A stretch of 63,886 nt of DNA, the filler included, from Octopus bimaculoides (lineage: Eukaryota): the NCBI RefSeq assembly GCF_001194135.2. It is 6 parts of 4 records of this genome, joined end to end, with 100 filler letters (N's around TTAATTAATTAA, not from the genome) between each part and the next. Parts side by side here need not be neighbours in the genome. Positions count along the whole stretch, not along the records: positions 1 to 13,759 come from NC_068985.1; 5 more parts are not named here. One strand, 5' to 3'. Made by a program: the position numbers and the translations under genes. The notes beneath the pieces were generated by a model, which did no database searches, was not told the origin of the DNA, and worked only from the letters and a program-made list of their open reading frames with translations. Positions 1 to 12,435 of this stretch are shown here, piece after piece (the stretch's first letter is position 1; each line of letters begins with the position of its first letter).

Positions 1-67
<67 letters not shown>

Positions 68-85
68 AATGTATGTATGTATGTA
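1..85. repeat. (GT)n grading into (ATGT)n microsatellite
   Basis: Directly visible; representative of dozens of (GT)n, (AT)n, (AG)n, (ATGT)n and (AGAT)n tracts in the window, most N gaps being flanked by them. Confidence 0.95.
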
Positions 86-104
86 TATAAAGTATGATAG
101 GTAT

Positions 105-226
105 TGGTGTCAAGAAGACCTAAAGGTATCAGGTAATGTTGAGTACGTGCTATGGACAGACTATAGTTAAGCTCCTGGTTCGATAATGATACGAATGAGG
201 AGTCCAAAGTATGTCGTGCACTAGCA
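105..226 (+). repeat. Dispersed ~122 bp repeat 'X' adjoining a hammerhead fold-back element
   Basis: About 85% identical by eye to the reverse complement of 32391-32512; in both loci it is followed by a short AT tract and AAATTAACAGAATGA. Confidence 0.85.
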
Positions 227-239
227 ATCATATATATAA

Positions 240-515
240 AAATTAACAGAATGAGATAAAACATATATACACCATTCTGCTTTAATAATGTTACTGCAAA
301 TACAATATCCTTACGTATCTCACGTCTGTTTTCATTCCTCCACTTCACTCTGTATTCCATATCTTCTCTATAATAACTATTACTTAAACATTTTCTCGCA
401 AAGTCTCTGATGAAGGGATATTTAGAATATCTCGGAAACAGCTATAAGACCTTCTCTTTATAAATGTTCTGAAATCTTTCATAGACTTGGATTTTTTATC
501 TCATTCTGTTAATTT
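240..515 (+). mobile_element. Hammerhead-bearing non-autonomous element (family B/C), probably Penelope-like pLTR-derived, with a 22 bp inverted copy of its 3' end
   Basis: AAATTAACAGAATGAGATAAAA at 240-261 is the reverse complement of 494-515; 350-515 matches the reverse complement of 32067-32240; hammerhead motif at 403-450. Confidence 0.7.
403..450 (+). ncRNA. Minimal type I hammerhead ribozyme motif (stem III mutated)
   Basis: GTCT-CTGATGA-A-GGGATA(tttagaa)TATCTC-G-GAAA-CAGCTAT-A/AGAC. Stem I is GTCT/AGAC; stem III is ACAGCTGT in sister copies, here with G16.2>A. Confidence 0.7.
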
Positions 516-888
516 ATATATATATATCAGAATAATCTCGGCGACAAAGTATCTACGTACCTTTATCATGTGACCTGAACATCCAACACTGTTACAAAAA
601 ACATAAATACGTATGTGAATGAGTCAATAAATATAATAAAATAAGCATGTTGCAATCAGCTTGTATTAAGAAGGATTGCCATGGTATCGTCACTGAGCAG
701 CCAAATTGGATATTGTAACCTAAAAGACGTCTAATCAGTCTTGGAATTAATATCTTCTAATATATTCTGGTTATAATATTTGTCTATAACGCAAACACTC
801 ATACATGCATACATACACACAGACGTGTGGATATATGTATATGTGTATGTGTATATACAATGATGTAAAGTATATCTGTAAGTTTGTG

Positions 889-922
<34 letters not shown>

Positions 923-944
923 TTAGATGATGTATATCTATACA

Positions 945-979
<35 letters not shown>

Positions 980-1845
980 ATGTGTGTGTGTGTGTGTGTG
1001 TGNNNNNNNNNNNNNNNNNNNNNNNNNNNNNNNNNNNNNNNNNNNNNNNNNNNNNNNNNNNNNNNNNNNNNNNNNNNNNNNNNNNNNNNNNNNNNNNNNN
1101 NNNNNNNNNNNNNNNNNNNNNNNNNNNNNNNNNNNNNNNNNNNNNNNNNNNNNNNNNNNNNNNNNNNNNNNNNNNNNNNNNNNNNNNNNNNNNNNNNNNN
1201 NNNNNNNNNNNNNNNNNNNNNNNNNNNNNNNNNNNNNNNNNNNNNNNNNNNNNNNNNNNNNNNNNNNNNNNNNNNNNNNNNNNNNNNNNNNNNNNNNNNN
1301 NNNNNNNNNNNNNNNNNNNNNNNNNNNNNNNNNNNNNNNNNNNNNNNNNNNNNNNNNNNNNNNNNNNNNNNNNNNNNNNNNNNNNNNNNNNNNNNNNNNN
1401 NNNNNNNNNNNNNNNNNNNNNNNNNNNNNNNNNNNNNNNNNNNNNNNNNNNNNNNNNNNNNNNNNNNNNNNNNNNNNNNNNNNNNNNNNNNNNNNNNNNN
1501 NNNNNNNNNNNNNNNNNNNNNNNNNNNNNNNNNNNNNNNNNNNNNNNNNNNNNNNNNNNNNNNNNNNNNNNNNNNNNNNNNNNNNNNNNNNNNNNNNNNN
1601 NNNNNNNNNNNNNNNNNNNNNNNNNNNNNNNNNNNNNNNNNNNNNNNNNNNNNNNNNNNNNNNNNNNNNNNNNNNNNNNNNNNNNNNNNNNNNNNNNNNN
1701 NNNNNNNNNNNNNNNNNNNNNNNNNNNNNNNNNNNNNNNNNNNNNNNNNNNNNNNNNNNNNNNNNNNNNNNNNNNNNNNNNNNNNNNNNNNNNNNNNNNN
1801 NNNNNNNNNNNNNNNNNNNNNNNNNNNNNNNNNNNNNNNNNNNNN

Positions 1846-1897
<52 letters not shown>

Positions 1898-1919
1898 CGT
1901 GTGTTGTGGTTGTTGTTGT

Positions 1920-2135
1920 TAAAGCAGCGAGTTGTCCGAATCGTAGCACGCTCTGCAAGATGCTTACCAGTATTTCGTCCGTCTTCTCATTCAGAGTTCA
2001 AATTCCAACGTGTTCGACTTTACCTTTCAATCCATCGGGGTCGATAATAAGTGCCAGTTGAACAGTGGGCTCAATGTAATCAACTTACTTCCTCCCACGA
2101 ACTTACAGGCCTAGTCTCAAGATTTGAAATTATTA
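1920..2135 (+). mobile_element. SINE-2 (tRNA-related head), diverged copy
   Basis: B-box-like GAGTTCAAATTCC, body similar to copies at 13213 and 19618, short ATT tail. Confidence 0.8.
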
Positions 2136-2139
2136 TGAT

Positions 2140-2852
2140 GGGACTAGTGTAAAAATAATTGCAGTCTTTGTTAATTTATTTTTTAAGCTAGTTTTGGAAT
2201 GAGCTTTTATTGAACTATGCGTGCAACATACATTTTGCAGCGCAAGTTATCTTTCTATTGATTTATGTTAATGGTTTTGCTTTCCTTTCACAATTAATTC
2301 TTGTTTATTTTAGGTTTGTAAATGAAAGATAGAAAAAAACGAATAATGGCGATTTTATGATATTAGTTGAAAATGAATCGCAGACCTGCGGAAAGTGCTT
2401 GCAATATCAACCAGTCATCTAGTCAGGGAAATTCCAGCATACTTACAGCTCAATGTCGGTTTCAAAAATGTGTATTGATCAGTACGATGAGTTCAACATT
2501 ATCGTTGGGAAACCACACAAAACGAAACGGGAGGTTGTAGAATGGCTGAAAATTGGCCATTCTACATCTATCTATCGGTTGTACCAAACTGAAAAGTCTA
2601 ATATACTCGACAAATGGGTTTTCGCATGGGGTGTACAAACATTTTAAATACCGCTTTTATGGAGTCTGCTCTGCGTTTCTTTTGAGTGGTGACGATGATC
2701 CTCGTCACATGAATGTTATTCTTTTATTCCTTTATTCTTTTACTTCTTTCAGTCATTTTGACTGCGGCCATGTTGGGGGGTACAAACACAGACATATACA
2801 AACATATACAAACATATACACACACATACATATATATACATATATATATATG

Positions 2853-2901
<49 letters not shown>

Positions 2902-3243
2902 ATATATANNNNNNNNNNNNNNNNNNNNNNNNNNNNNNNNNNNNNNNNNNNNNNNNNNNNNNNNNNNNNNNNNNNNNNNNNNNNNNNNNNNNNNNNNNNN
3001 NNNNNNNNNNNNNNNNNNNNNNNNNNNNNNNNNNNNNNNNNNNNNNNNNNNNNNNNNNNNNNNNNNNNNNNNNNNNNNNNNNNNNNNNNNNNNNNNNNNN
3101 NNNNNNNNNNNNNNNNNNNNNNNNNNNNNNNNNNNNNNNNNNNNNNNNNNNNNNNNNNNNNNNNNNNNNNNNNNNNNNNNNNNNNNNNNNNNNNNNNNNN
3201 NNNNNNNNNNNNNNNNNNNNNNNNNNNNNNNNNNNNNNNNNNN

Positions 3244-3277
<34 letters not shown>

Positions 3278-3868
3278 GACAGACTTCTTTCAGTTTCGGT
3301 CTACCAAATCCACTCACACGGCTTTGGTCGGCTCGAGGCTATAGTAGAAGACACTTGCCCAAGTGGAACTGAACCCGGAAGTGGCTGGTAAGCAAGCTAC
3401 TTACCACACAGCCACTCCATAGAAATTATTCCTCTTAGCGGCTACCCCGAAGCGAAGCACTACAGGTCTTTTCCAAATCCCAGCCGCATCAGAATGCAAT
3501 TCGTCGACTTTACAAGGCCAGGCAAGTTTTGCAATGCATTTTGCAGAAATTAAATTAATCGGCTTCTTTTACCGAAATTACTCATCAAATTTCTTTCCAA
3601 TCGACCTCTACTTTTTCATGGTCCCCAGTATCTTCCTGCAACAGAAGACCTTCAATAACAGAGTAAGAGCTCAAAACACTTTCCCAGAATTCATTGGTTT
3701 CAGAACTCCAGAATGCTTTACTACCAGAATAACTACACTTACTTATTGCTGATAAAAAAAAGTAAAATGTAAAGACATATAAATTTAGAAGTGTAATTAT
3801 TTTGATTTTGATTAATATAATTGTTCTAACCTTTACATAGATAAATTTCTATTTTTGCACCAGCCTGG
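2140..3868 (+). mobile_element. Decayed mariner (Tc1/mariner, DD34D type) split by a SINE-1 insertion
   Basis: TIR-like ends (..TAGTGTAAAAATAATTGC / TTTTTGCACCAGCCT); translated fragments AIL*Y*LKMNRRPAESACNINQ..RFQK, GHSTS..LDKWV, VCSAFLL..DDP and FFPIDLYFF..FNN..FPEFIGFRTPE resemble the HTH, WVPH and C-terminal regions of mariner transposases. Confidence 0.75.
2716..3419 (-). mobile_element. SINE-1 (tRNA-like head, central microsatellite, AAAAGAAT-type tail)
   Basis: On the minus strand the head reads GGAGTGGCTGTGTGGTAAGTAGCTTGCTTACC..GGTTCAGTTCCAC; the tail matches other copies; the gap lies in the central microsatellite. Confidence 0.9.
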
Positions 3869-4140
3869 GAGACAGTTCATAGTTCTCATAAATTAAGAAT
3901 AAAGAAAAACAATTCAATATATTAAAGTGTTAGAAGAAAAAGACAATCAGATGTTTTCCTTCGGTGGTAAGGTACAACAATGAATACGCACCTCTACCTC
4001 AATATGCGTCATAAGCATAGTCCTCGTCTCCTAAGAAATTTAGGTCTCTAATCATATACAGAATAAGTTGAGAACAGTTTTGTCCATAGTAAATTTACAT
4101 AAGTTATACAATAAGACGCTAAACAAAATGCAACGGGGGG

Positions 4141-4217
4141 TGAATTTAGATAAAGTCATCGGTGAGTTGCCGATACTGATGAATTTAGATAAAGTCATCG
4201 GTGAGTTGCCGATACTG
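4141..4217. repeat. 39 bp tandem duplication
   Basis: TGAATTTAGATAAAGTCATCGGTGAGTTGCCGATACTG twice (4141 and 4180). Confidence 0.95.
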
Positions 4218-4576
4218 TATCCGATAAATCAAATTTTATGCGAGCTATGTTGCGGTCTGATGATAGTATATACGCCTGCCATTGTTTCCTCTGTTTCTGT
4301 GCAGTGGTGTGGCAGAGGTGGAATAAGTTATAGTAACTACGATTGCCTCAGATGGTGATCAGTTTGTGGGTGTTGTTTATAGTACATTTGTTATTGTTGT
4401 AATGATTCTGGTTTTATGGTATTGCTGTCGTTAGTGGTACAGCGAATGTTCGACTGATTCTTTGTGTTAATAATATTGTCGATGTAATTGTTCTATTGTT
4501 GCTGCTACTGTTGTTGTTGTTGTTGTACAGGTCACTCCTGAGTATAGCGAATAAAAATGTGCTTGAAAGCGACCAT

Positions 4577-4620
<44 letters not shown>

Positions 4621-4680
4621 TTTCTCTCTCTCCCTCTCTCTCTCTCCCCAGAACTCTGAATGATGTCTACATTATTATGT

Positions 4681-5008
4681 AAAAGGAGCACTCCGTCGCT
4701 TACGACGACGAGGGTCCCAGCTGATACGATCAACGGAACAGCTTGCTCGTGAAATTAACGTGCAAGTGACTGAGCAATCCACAGACACGTGTACCCTAAT
4801 GTAGTTCTCAGGGAGATTCAGCGTGACACAGAGTGTGACAAGGCCGGCCCATTGAAATACAGGTACTACTCATTTTTGCCAGCTGAATGAACTGGAGCAA
4901 CATGAAATAAAGTGTCTTGCTCAAGGACACAACGCGTCGCCGGGATTTGAATTCACGACCTTACGATCGTGAGCCGAATGCCCTAACCACTAAGCCACGC
5001 GCCTTCAC
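4681..5008 (-). mobile_element. SINE-3, tRNA-derived, near full length
   Basis: Minus strand has A box TGGCTTAGTGG and B box GAATTCAAATCCC, followed by TTGTGTCCTTGAGCAAGACAC; a second head lies at ~57419-57540 (+). Confidence 0.85.
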
Positions 5009-6030
5009 TATTATGTAATATGCTTTTCGTATTTTTAACAAGACAGTGCAATGTGAAAGAATTTTAACTGTTATTTCTAACAGATGAAGCAACTGTGCAG
5101 ATGCTCATCTGCTAGTTGTTGTTTTATTAGGTTTTACTTGTGTTCAGCCCCATTCAGCGCTAAGAGAACAAGCTATAATCGAAACTATTCCGCTCGTCAG
5201 CACCAGATCTCTTTTCTCCATATATGCTATAACTATGACTATGTTATCCAATTGCCTTGTTTACAGCAGTTGGGAGATTTAACTGCTAATTCTAACAGAT
5301 CTGGCGATCGCTTAGCGGCCACTTCGTCTTACAGTTTGATTGTTTGCTGGTGGTTGTGGTGATGATTGTGGAGAGGATGTTGGTATTCTTGATAATGTTA
5401 TGGCGTTGATCATGTTTAATCCTAGGTGGGTTCTAAAGGAGAAAACCCTGTGGTGAAAGGCGTTCCAGTTAAGACAATCGTATTTTGTACGTCCATATCA
5501 ACGATGATATCCGTCGCTGTTTTAGAGATCAGAGTATGGTTTAATGTAAATTTGGGTGATATTTCTAGCTAGTCAAATACTTACATAAAATCTTCATCAT
5601 AAATGGTGGTGGTGGTGGTGGTGGTGGTGGTGGTCATCGTCGTCGTCGACGCTGCCGCCGTTTCCTGCTATTAATGACAATACTGACTGTCGGAAATCTT
5701 TACCCCATCATCTTTAATTTCATCCTATTTGTCTTGATTAACCAAAGAAATCGATTCATTCCAGAGTGCCCGACACACAGACAAAATCTCATCACGCGCG
5801 CGCGCGCACACACACACACACACATATATNNNNNNNNNNNNNNNNNNNNNNNNNNNNNNNNNNNNNNNNNNNNNNNNNNNNNNNNNNNNNNNNNNNNNNN
5901 NNNNNNNNNNNNNNNNNNNNNNNNNNNNNNNNNNNNNNNNNNNNNNNNNNNNNNNNNNNNNNNNNNNNNNNNNNNNNNNNNNNNNNNNNNNNNNNNNNNN
6001 NNNNNNNNNNNNNNNNNNNNATATATATAT

Positions 6031-6154
6031 AAACTGCGGCTATGCTGGGGCACCGCCTTGAAGTATTTTAGTCGAATAAATCGATCCCAGAGCATGGTAC
6101 TTGCAACCAATACCGATCGTCAAGCGGTGGTAGGGGACAAACACAGACACTAAG

Positions 6155-6189
<35 letters not shown>

Positions 6190-6378
6190 GTCTAGAGAGA
6201 GTTATTTATGTCATTCAACATGCATACATACATACATACATACATACAATCAGGCAACACTGGTCGGCCCGAAATAGTAGTAGTAGAAGGCAAATGGCCG
6301 AAAATGCCGCACGGAGGGACTGAGCCTTAAACCACGTGGCTGCAAAGTGAGCTTCTTAACCACACAGTTATGCCTGTG
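6031..6378 (-). mobile_element. SINE-1, diverged
   Basis: Tail CTGCGGCTATGCTGGGGCACCGCC and head ..CTTCTTAACCACACAG match family copies. Confidence 0.8.
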
Positions 6379-8470
6379 TCTATGTATGTATGTATGCATT
6401 GATGTATATGTATTTATGTATGTATGTATGTATGCATGGATGTATGTATGAATGTAAGTTGAAAGAGGGAGATCGGGTGGAAAGGTGTAAGAGAAGGGTA
6501 CGAGAAAGTAGGGTAACGTGAGGAGCAAGAAAGCGGAGAACAGCCATAAATCATGAACACTGGGTAGAGACCTTAATGGCTGAAACTGTCACCGATAGGT
6601 TTTGGTTGTGTTGTTCTAGCGCTCGTTGTAGTAAGTGTTGTTATCGGTGTAGGTGAGTGGTGAGAGGTAAGTGGTGAGAGGAGAAAGAGAGGGGGGGAGA
6701 ATGAGAGAGAGAATGTGATATGAAGGTGGTGGGACTGGAAAAAAGAGGCTTTGGTCGCGCATGAAAAGAAGACAAGCTGTGTGTGAGAGTCAAAGACATG
6801 AGAGGGAGGGAGAGGGGGAGAGTGAGAGAGCGGTAAGGAGGGAAAATTGGGTATAGCAAAAACTAGAAGAAGGATTGAAAGGAAGAGAAGAAAGTAGAGG
6901 AAGTGGAAGTGTTTAGTTAAATGATAACAAACATAAATAAATGATATTGAAATGGAGAGAAAGGAAATCGAGACAGAAAGAAGATAAACAGGCCAGGATA
7001 TGCGTATGTATACATGTGTGCGTGTGGTGTTTGTGTGTGTGTATGTGTTTGTGCATATATATATATATATATTCATATTATGTATGTATGCATGTATGTA
7101 TGAATGTATGTATGTATGTATGTATGTATGCATGTATGTATGAATGTATGTATGTATGTATGTATGTATGTATGTATGTATGAATGAATGTATTGCTCAG
7201 GGTAGTTACTCGAGGAGACCATGTCACGGATTTAGATAATTTAGTTATCTGATGCTGAAGTACTGTTATTACACATGCAAACATAATGTTTGGAAATAAA
7301 TTTAATGTATGGAAATTTGTCTCTTACTTAGAGAAAGTAAACAAAGGCCTAACCGTAATTGTTAGTGATTCTAAAAGAAAGAAAGCGAGTGTAATTTCAA
7401 GAAATGAAAATTAAATTGACAGAAACTGTAACTTTGAAGTTTAGAGAGAAAATCTGAAGTTGATAGCTACGAACATACTTCGGTTTTATTAGAACTCGTC
7501 ATTGCAGCATTGACTTATCAAAATACGTTTGTTTTAGAAGTGTAGTGATAGAAGGGAAGAATTCTATAAGAACAAACTGCGTAAATTCGCAGAAAGGATT
7601 TGCTTAACACGCTTTCAGCAAAGTTAATTAACCTATGAAGTTGTCGTTGTGAGTTGTAAATGTAAGATACGGTTTATTCGTGAGTTTGAATATTCTATTC
7701 TACCGTCTATTGTGACGTGACGCTTGTGCCATTTTCATTGACTTCTAAATTTTATAAAACTGTATGTGTAGCTTTATTATTACTATTAGTGGTGTTATTC
7801 AATAAGTCTAAATTATATGTCTCGCCTATAAAGTCTTTGTATCTGATGACACGGGAAGTTTATTTAAATTTCACAGAAATTTTAGATATTTGTTTACAAC
7901 TATAAATGTTTTCAAGTAGTTTTCAATGTTCTTATTCAATTATTTTATAAATAACTGCTTCTACATGAAGCTCTCACTTTCACCAGCAATATCATACCAA
8001 TTCACCGGCAATATTATACCAATATCATACCAATATCATACTAATTATTGTATTCCATATTAAAATCACTATCGATGCAAAAAAACCCTTGTGTTCTTCG
8101 GTAGTACCAAAATAAAACTTCGGGTTATCATATCCCTATGGTTCATCAACTGCCTTTTATGCACATGCTTCTGTTATGACTATGATGATGAATAACCTGT
8201 GTCTTTTTCCACTAGTTAGCTAATCACTGCTTATGAAGGCCCTCTTATACGTCCTTAGTCCTATGCTAGCCACCTCTAGATCTCATAATCTTAGGCCTTT
8301 CTGTTCCTATGCCCACTTCATATTTCTTTCCCATGGTAGCGTGGGAAACCAGTATGAGGTTGGCGTATAAAAGGAAGATAACAACTAGGATTTTGTGCCG
8401 TAAGGGCTTTGCTTCATTTATATTTCTCGGGAGAGAGAGGGGGATAGAGAGGAAGAGAGAGAGGGAGAGA

Positions 8471-8751
8471 CGCATATGTGGGTGTGTAGTAAGAAGGTTC
8501 GTTCCTAATCATATGGTTCCGAGTTCAGTACCACTGCGTGGCACCTTAAGCAAGTGTCTTCTACTATAGCCTCGGACCGATTAAAGACTTGTGAGTGTAT
8601 TTGATAAACAGAAACTGAAAGAAGCCCATCTTATATATGTGTGTGTGTGTGTGTGTATCTATGTGTGTATTTGTATTTTTGTCCCCTACCCACCGCCTGA
8701 CAACCGATGTTCGTGTGTTTACGTCAATGTAACTTAGCGGTTCGGCAAAAG
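8471..8751 (+). mobile_element. SINE-1, 3'-truncated
   Basis: GGTTCCGAGTTCAGTACCACTGCGTGGCACC..GAAACTGAAAGAAGCCC..TTAGCGGTTCGGCAAAAGA. Confidence 0.85.
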
Positions 8752-8764
8752 ATATATATACATA

Positions 8765-9185
8765 TATCTCGTTGCTCACACGTGACCATCGTCCATCTTT
8801 CTTTCCTTCACGTGACCATCTTTCATTTTCTGCAAGGACGTTCAAACGAGCGGGCATGTCTTTCTCTCTCTCTTCTATATTTTCTCTTTTCAAAAAGAAT
8901 GTTTCACCCTGCGTTCACTATTTTCCTCTCGTTCTAGTCTAACGGCCCTCCATGTTTGTTTTCATTCGGTTACCTCGTATGTCTCCACCGTCATTTTTTC
9001 TTCCCAACTTTGACCTTCCATAAATCCTAAAATCTATTTTAGAATTTATGGGAGGCAACTGTCTTTGCAGACTCATATTGTCGTTGAATGCTCGAAATGA
9101 AGAGTAGATAGACAGCCGACGTCAGATGAAGGGTCCTTTCTCTGTGTTAACTTGTCCTGTTTTCCATTTTCTCTCGTTGTTCACG
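8765..9185 (+). repeat. Unclassified interspersed repeat 'Y'
   Basis: Shares CACGTGACCATC, CCAACTTT and CAGCCGAC..GATGAAGGGTC..CTCGTTGTTC blocks with the reverse complement of 51420-51870. Confidence 0.65.
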
Positions 9186-9210
9186 TATTATATATATATA
9201 TATATATATA

Positions 9211-9990
9211 TAAGGATAAGATCGTTATTCAAATAACAATCAAAGCAAGTGGCAGCATGGAAAGAAAAATATCTTATAGGTTATAATTATTATTAAAATT
9301 ATAAATAAGGGATATCACCATGTGCCTGAAATAGTAGTCAAAACCTGACTCTAAAATCACATCATGTATTCAATACAGCACAAGGTAAAGACAAATACAT
9401 AAATAAACTAGTGGAAATTGGAAAATTCCAGACCCTGGGTTTCTGCCCCTGTATAAAAATACTTTGCCAATGCAATATGCCAAGAATTGTACATAATTAC
9501 TTATATATACACACAAACATACGAATACTTACGTATATACACAACCAGTTCAGTAAGCACGTATAAACACGATCAGTTCAGTTATCCGTTCAAACATTAT
9601 GTGCTGTATGGTCAAAATACCACCGCAGTAAATATAACGACGAAGTAAATATATATAAATTTCTATTTAAATAAGGATAAGATCGTAATTTGAATAACGA
9701 TTAAAGTCAAGTGGCAGCATGGGAAGAAAAAGCCTCATAGGTTATAAATATTATTAAAATTATAAATAAGGGTATCTAAAAGATACCACCATACTTGAAA
9801 TAGCAGTCAAAACCTGACTCTAAAACCACATCATGTATTCAATACGGCACAAGGTAAGAAGACAATGTTCACTAGTTTATCTATTTTCTTTTTACCTTGT
9901 GCTGTATTCAATACATGATGTGGTTTTTAGAGTCAGGTTTTGACTGCTATTTCAAGCACGATGGTATCTCTTAGATACCCTTTTTTATAA
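9211..9990. repeat. Composite direct plus inverted repeat (~190 bp unit twice, then ~95 bp fold-back)
   Basis: 9211-9390 matches 9672-9860; 9889-9985 is the reverse complement of ~9765-9858. Confidence 0.9.
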
Positions 9991-9996
9991 TCTTAG

Positions 9997-10063
<67 letters not shown>

Positions 10064-10065
<2 letters not shown>

Positions 10066-10464
10066 GGTGCAGGAGTGGCTGTGTGGTTCCGGATTCAGTC
10101 CCACAGCGTGGCACCTTGGGCAAGTGTCTTCTACTATAGCCTCGGGCCGACCAAAGCCTTGAGAGTGGATTTGGTAGACGGAAACTGAAAGAAGACCGTC
10201 GTATATATATGAGTGTGTGCGTGTGTGTGTATGCGTGTGAGAGTGTGTGTGTGTGCGCGTGTGTATGCGCGTGTCTGTGTTTGTCCCCCCAACACCGCTT
10301 TACAGTTTACGTCCCCATAACTTAGCGGTTCGGCAAAAGAGGGCCGATAGAATAAGTACTAGGCTTACAAAGAATAAGTCCTAGGTTCGATTTGTTCGAC
10401 TAAAAGTGGTGCTCCAGCATGGCCGGAGTCAAATGACTGAAAAAAAATAAGGGAATAAAAGAAT
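10064..10464 (+). mobile_element. SINE-1, near full length with a small head deletion
   Basis: GGTGCAGGAGTGGCTGTGTGG head, central (GT)n, tail GGTGCTCCAGCATGGCCGGAGTCAAATGACTGAAA..GAATAAAAGAATA. Confidence 0.92.
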
Positions 10465-10635
10465 ACACACACACACACACAATATAGAATCAAGCTATAT
10501 TAAACTCACAACTCTATCAAAATGTGTTGAGTTCATCTTTCTTTCAGTTGTTCATATATCATATACATGTCTATAATTATACACACACATATTCATATAC
10601 ATACATATATATATATATGTGTATGTACGAGTGTA

Positions 10636-10975
10636 TTTTTCATCTTTTATCTTTTACTTCTTTCAGTCATTCGACAGCGGCCATGCTGAGGCACACCTTG
10701 AAGAATTTTGAATGAATCGACCCCAGACTTATTCTATCGGATCTCTATGGTCGAGTCGCTAAGTTACGAGGACATAAACACACCATAACATCAAGCGATG
10801 GTGGGAGACAAACACAGACACAAAGACACACATACAGGCTTCTTTGAGTTTCCGTCTACCAAATCCACTCGCAAGGCTTTGGTCGGCCTGAGGCTATAGT
10901 AGAAGGCACCAGCCAAGGTGCCACGCAGTGGGACTGAACCTGGAAGCCATGTGGTTGGGAAGCAAGCTTCTTACC
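10636..10975 (-). mobile_element. SINE-1 lacking its extreme 5' end
   Basis: Family tail and head motifs on the minus strand. Confidence 0.85.
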
Positions 10976-11310
10976 GTCGTATATATGTGTATGTATATAT
11001 ATATGTGTATGTATATATATATGTGTATGTATATATATATGTGTATGTATATATATGTGTATGTATATATATATGTGTGTGTGTGTTTGTGTCAGTGTTT
11101 GTCCCCACAACATCGCTTGACAACCGATGCTGGTTTGTTTACGTCCCCGTAACTTAGCGGTTCGGCAAAAGAGACCGATAGAATAAGTACTAGACTTACA
11201 AAAGAATAAGTCCTGAGGTCGATTTGCTCGACTAAAAGCTCGACTAAAGGCCATGCTCCAGCATGGCCGCAGTCAAATGACTGAAACAAGGAAAAGCGTA
11301 AAAGAGTGCA
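10976..11310 (+). mobile_element. SINE-1 3' half, fused head-to-head with the previous copy
   Basis: Starts at CGTCGTATATATG (central microsatellite start) and ends with the family tail. Confidence 0.85.
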
Positions 11311-11783
11311 ATGGTGTTAAAATTGGACTGATACCGAAACAGTTGTGATTAGTAATAAAGATGTTCTCAAATACTTTCTCATCTTCTTTCGTCGATTTTA
11401 TGCGTGTGTGTGAGTGTGCGTCTGGGTGTGCGCGCTCGCGCCCGCGCCCGCTGACGTAATTGCCGTGTATAAGTACTCCAATTGCAAGTAATAATACCAC
11501 GATGCAATATATAAAAATATTTTAACAAACTTATCATATAAAGTATTTCACATGTATATATCATGTGTGTATGTATGCATGAATATATAAATGTATACAC
11601 ATATTTATTTAAAACCTGTTGATAGAAAATAGTTTAGTCTCAAAATACGAGTGAAAAGTAATGCGCATTAACAGGCATAAACATTAATATATATATATAA
11701 AATAGTGAAAATATTTATTTCAGTGTTTTATAAACTTACATTTAGTTCCACACGCATATGCTCACACACACACACTCTCTCTT

Positions 11784-11831
<48 letters not shown>

Positions 11832-12435
11832 ACACACTCACACACATGAATGAACAGTCACACGTCATACACCATGTCGTATGTAAAACCAATTAGTGTG
11901 TATATTTGTTCAGCAATATACACGCACCACATTTTATCGCACAATTTTTTAATACTACGAATTTTGCCTCAAGAGTAACAGGTCACTGTTATATGTAACG
12001 GCATATATCTGATACTCTAAAGCAAAATAAAATATCTCTAAAATTTACATCAATCAACTAAGGTACTCGTAGACATAAACTGTAGCACATTTGTGCACAT
12101 AGTTTTCTCAGTAATGACATGGAGCGACAGCAGAAATTATTGTACTTTTATGATGTTATATTTAATTTACTGTAAAGATCAACTCTCAGCTGGGGGTGTT
12201 TAATTGTATTATTTATTATTTATGTGGTGAGCTTAAAAGTTATCGGAAATTTTGCCAATCTAACAAGAATCAAAATAGTACTCATATACAGTGTGTCATG
12301 CAATGAAATGAGCGTTTTTATAAATTTGAAATCAATCTACCAGTCGAGAACTGGGGTCAATGGAATTGACTATTCCTCCTTCACCAGAATTTCAGGTCTT
12401 GTGCCTATAGTAGAAAGGATTATAATATTATTATA

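Noticed and set aside
771-2061. Long ORFs here and at 28990-29860, 42407-43606, 48088-49271 and similar
   Set aside because: Composed of X from N gaps and dinucleotide or trinucleotide repeat translations; not genes
4176-4182. CTGATGA motif
   Set aside because: Created by the tandem duplication junction; no GAAA or stems
4930-5008. tRNA-like sequence on the minus strand
   Set aside because: Continues directly into a SINE body; no complete acceptor stem; it is a SINE head
6560-6600. GACC-TTAAT-GGCT-GAAACTGTC-ACCG, a possible ruined hammerhead
   Set aside because: Needs an assumed 4 nt core deletion and several mismatches; unsupported without a consensus
7831-7890. CTGATGA..GAAA spacing (also 28520, 51728, 53975)
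   Set aside because: Stems I-III do not form
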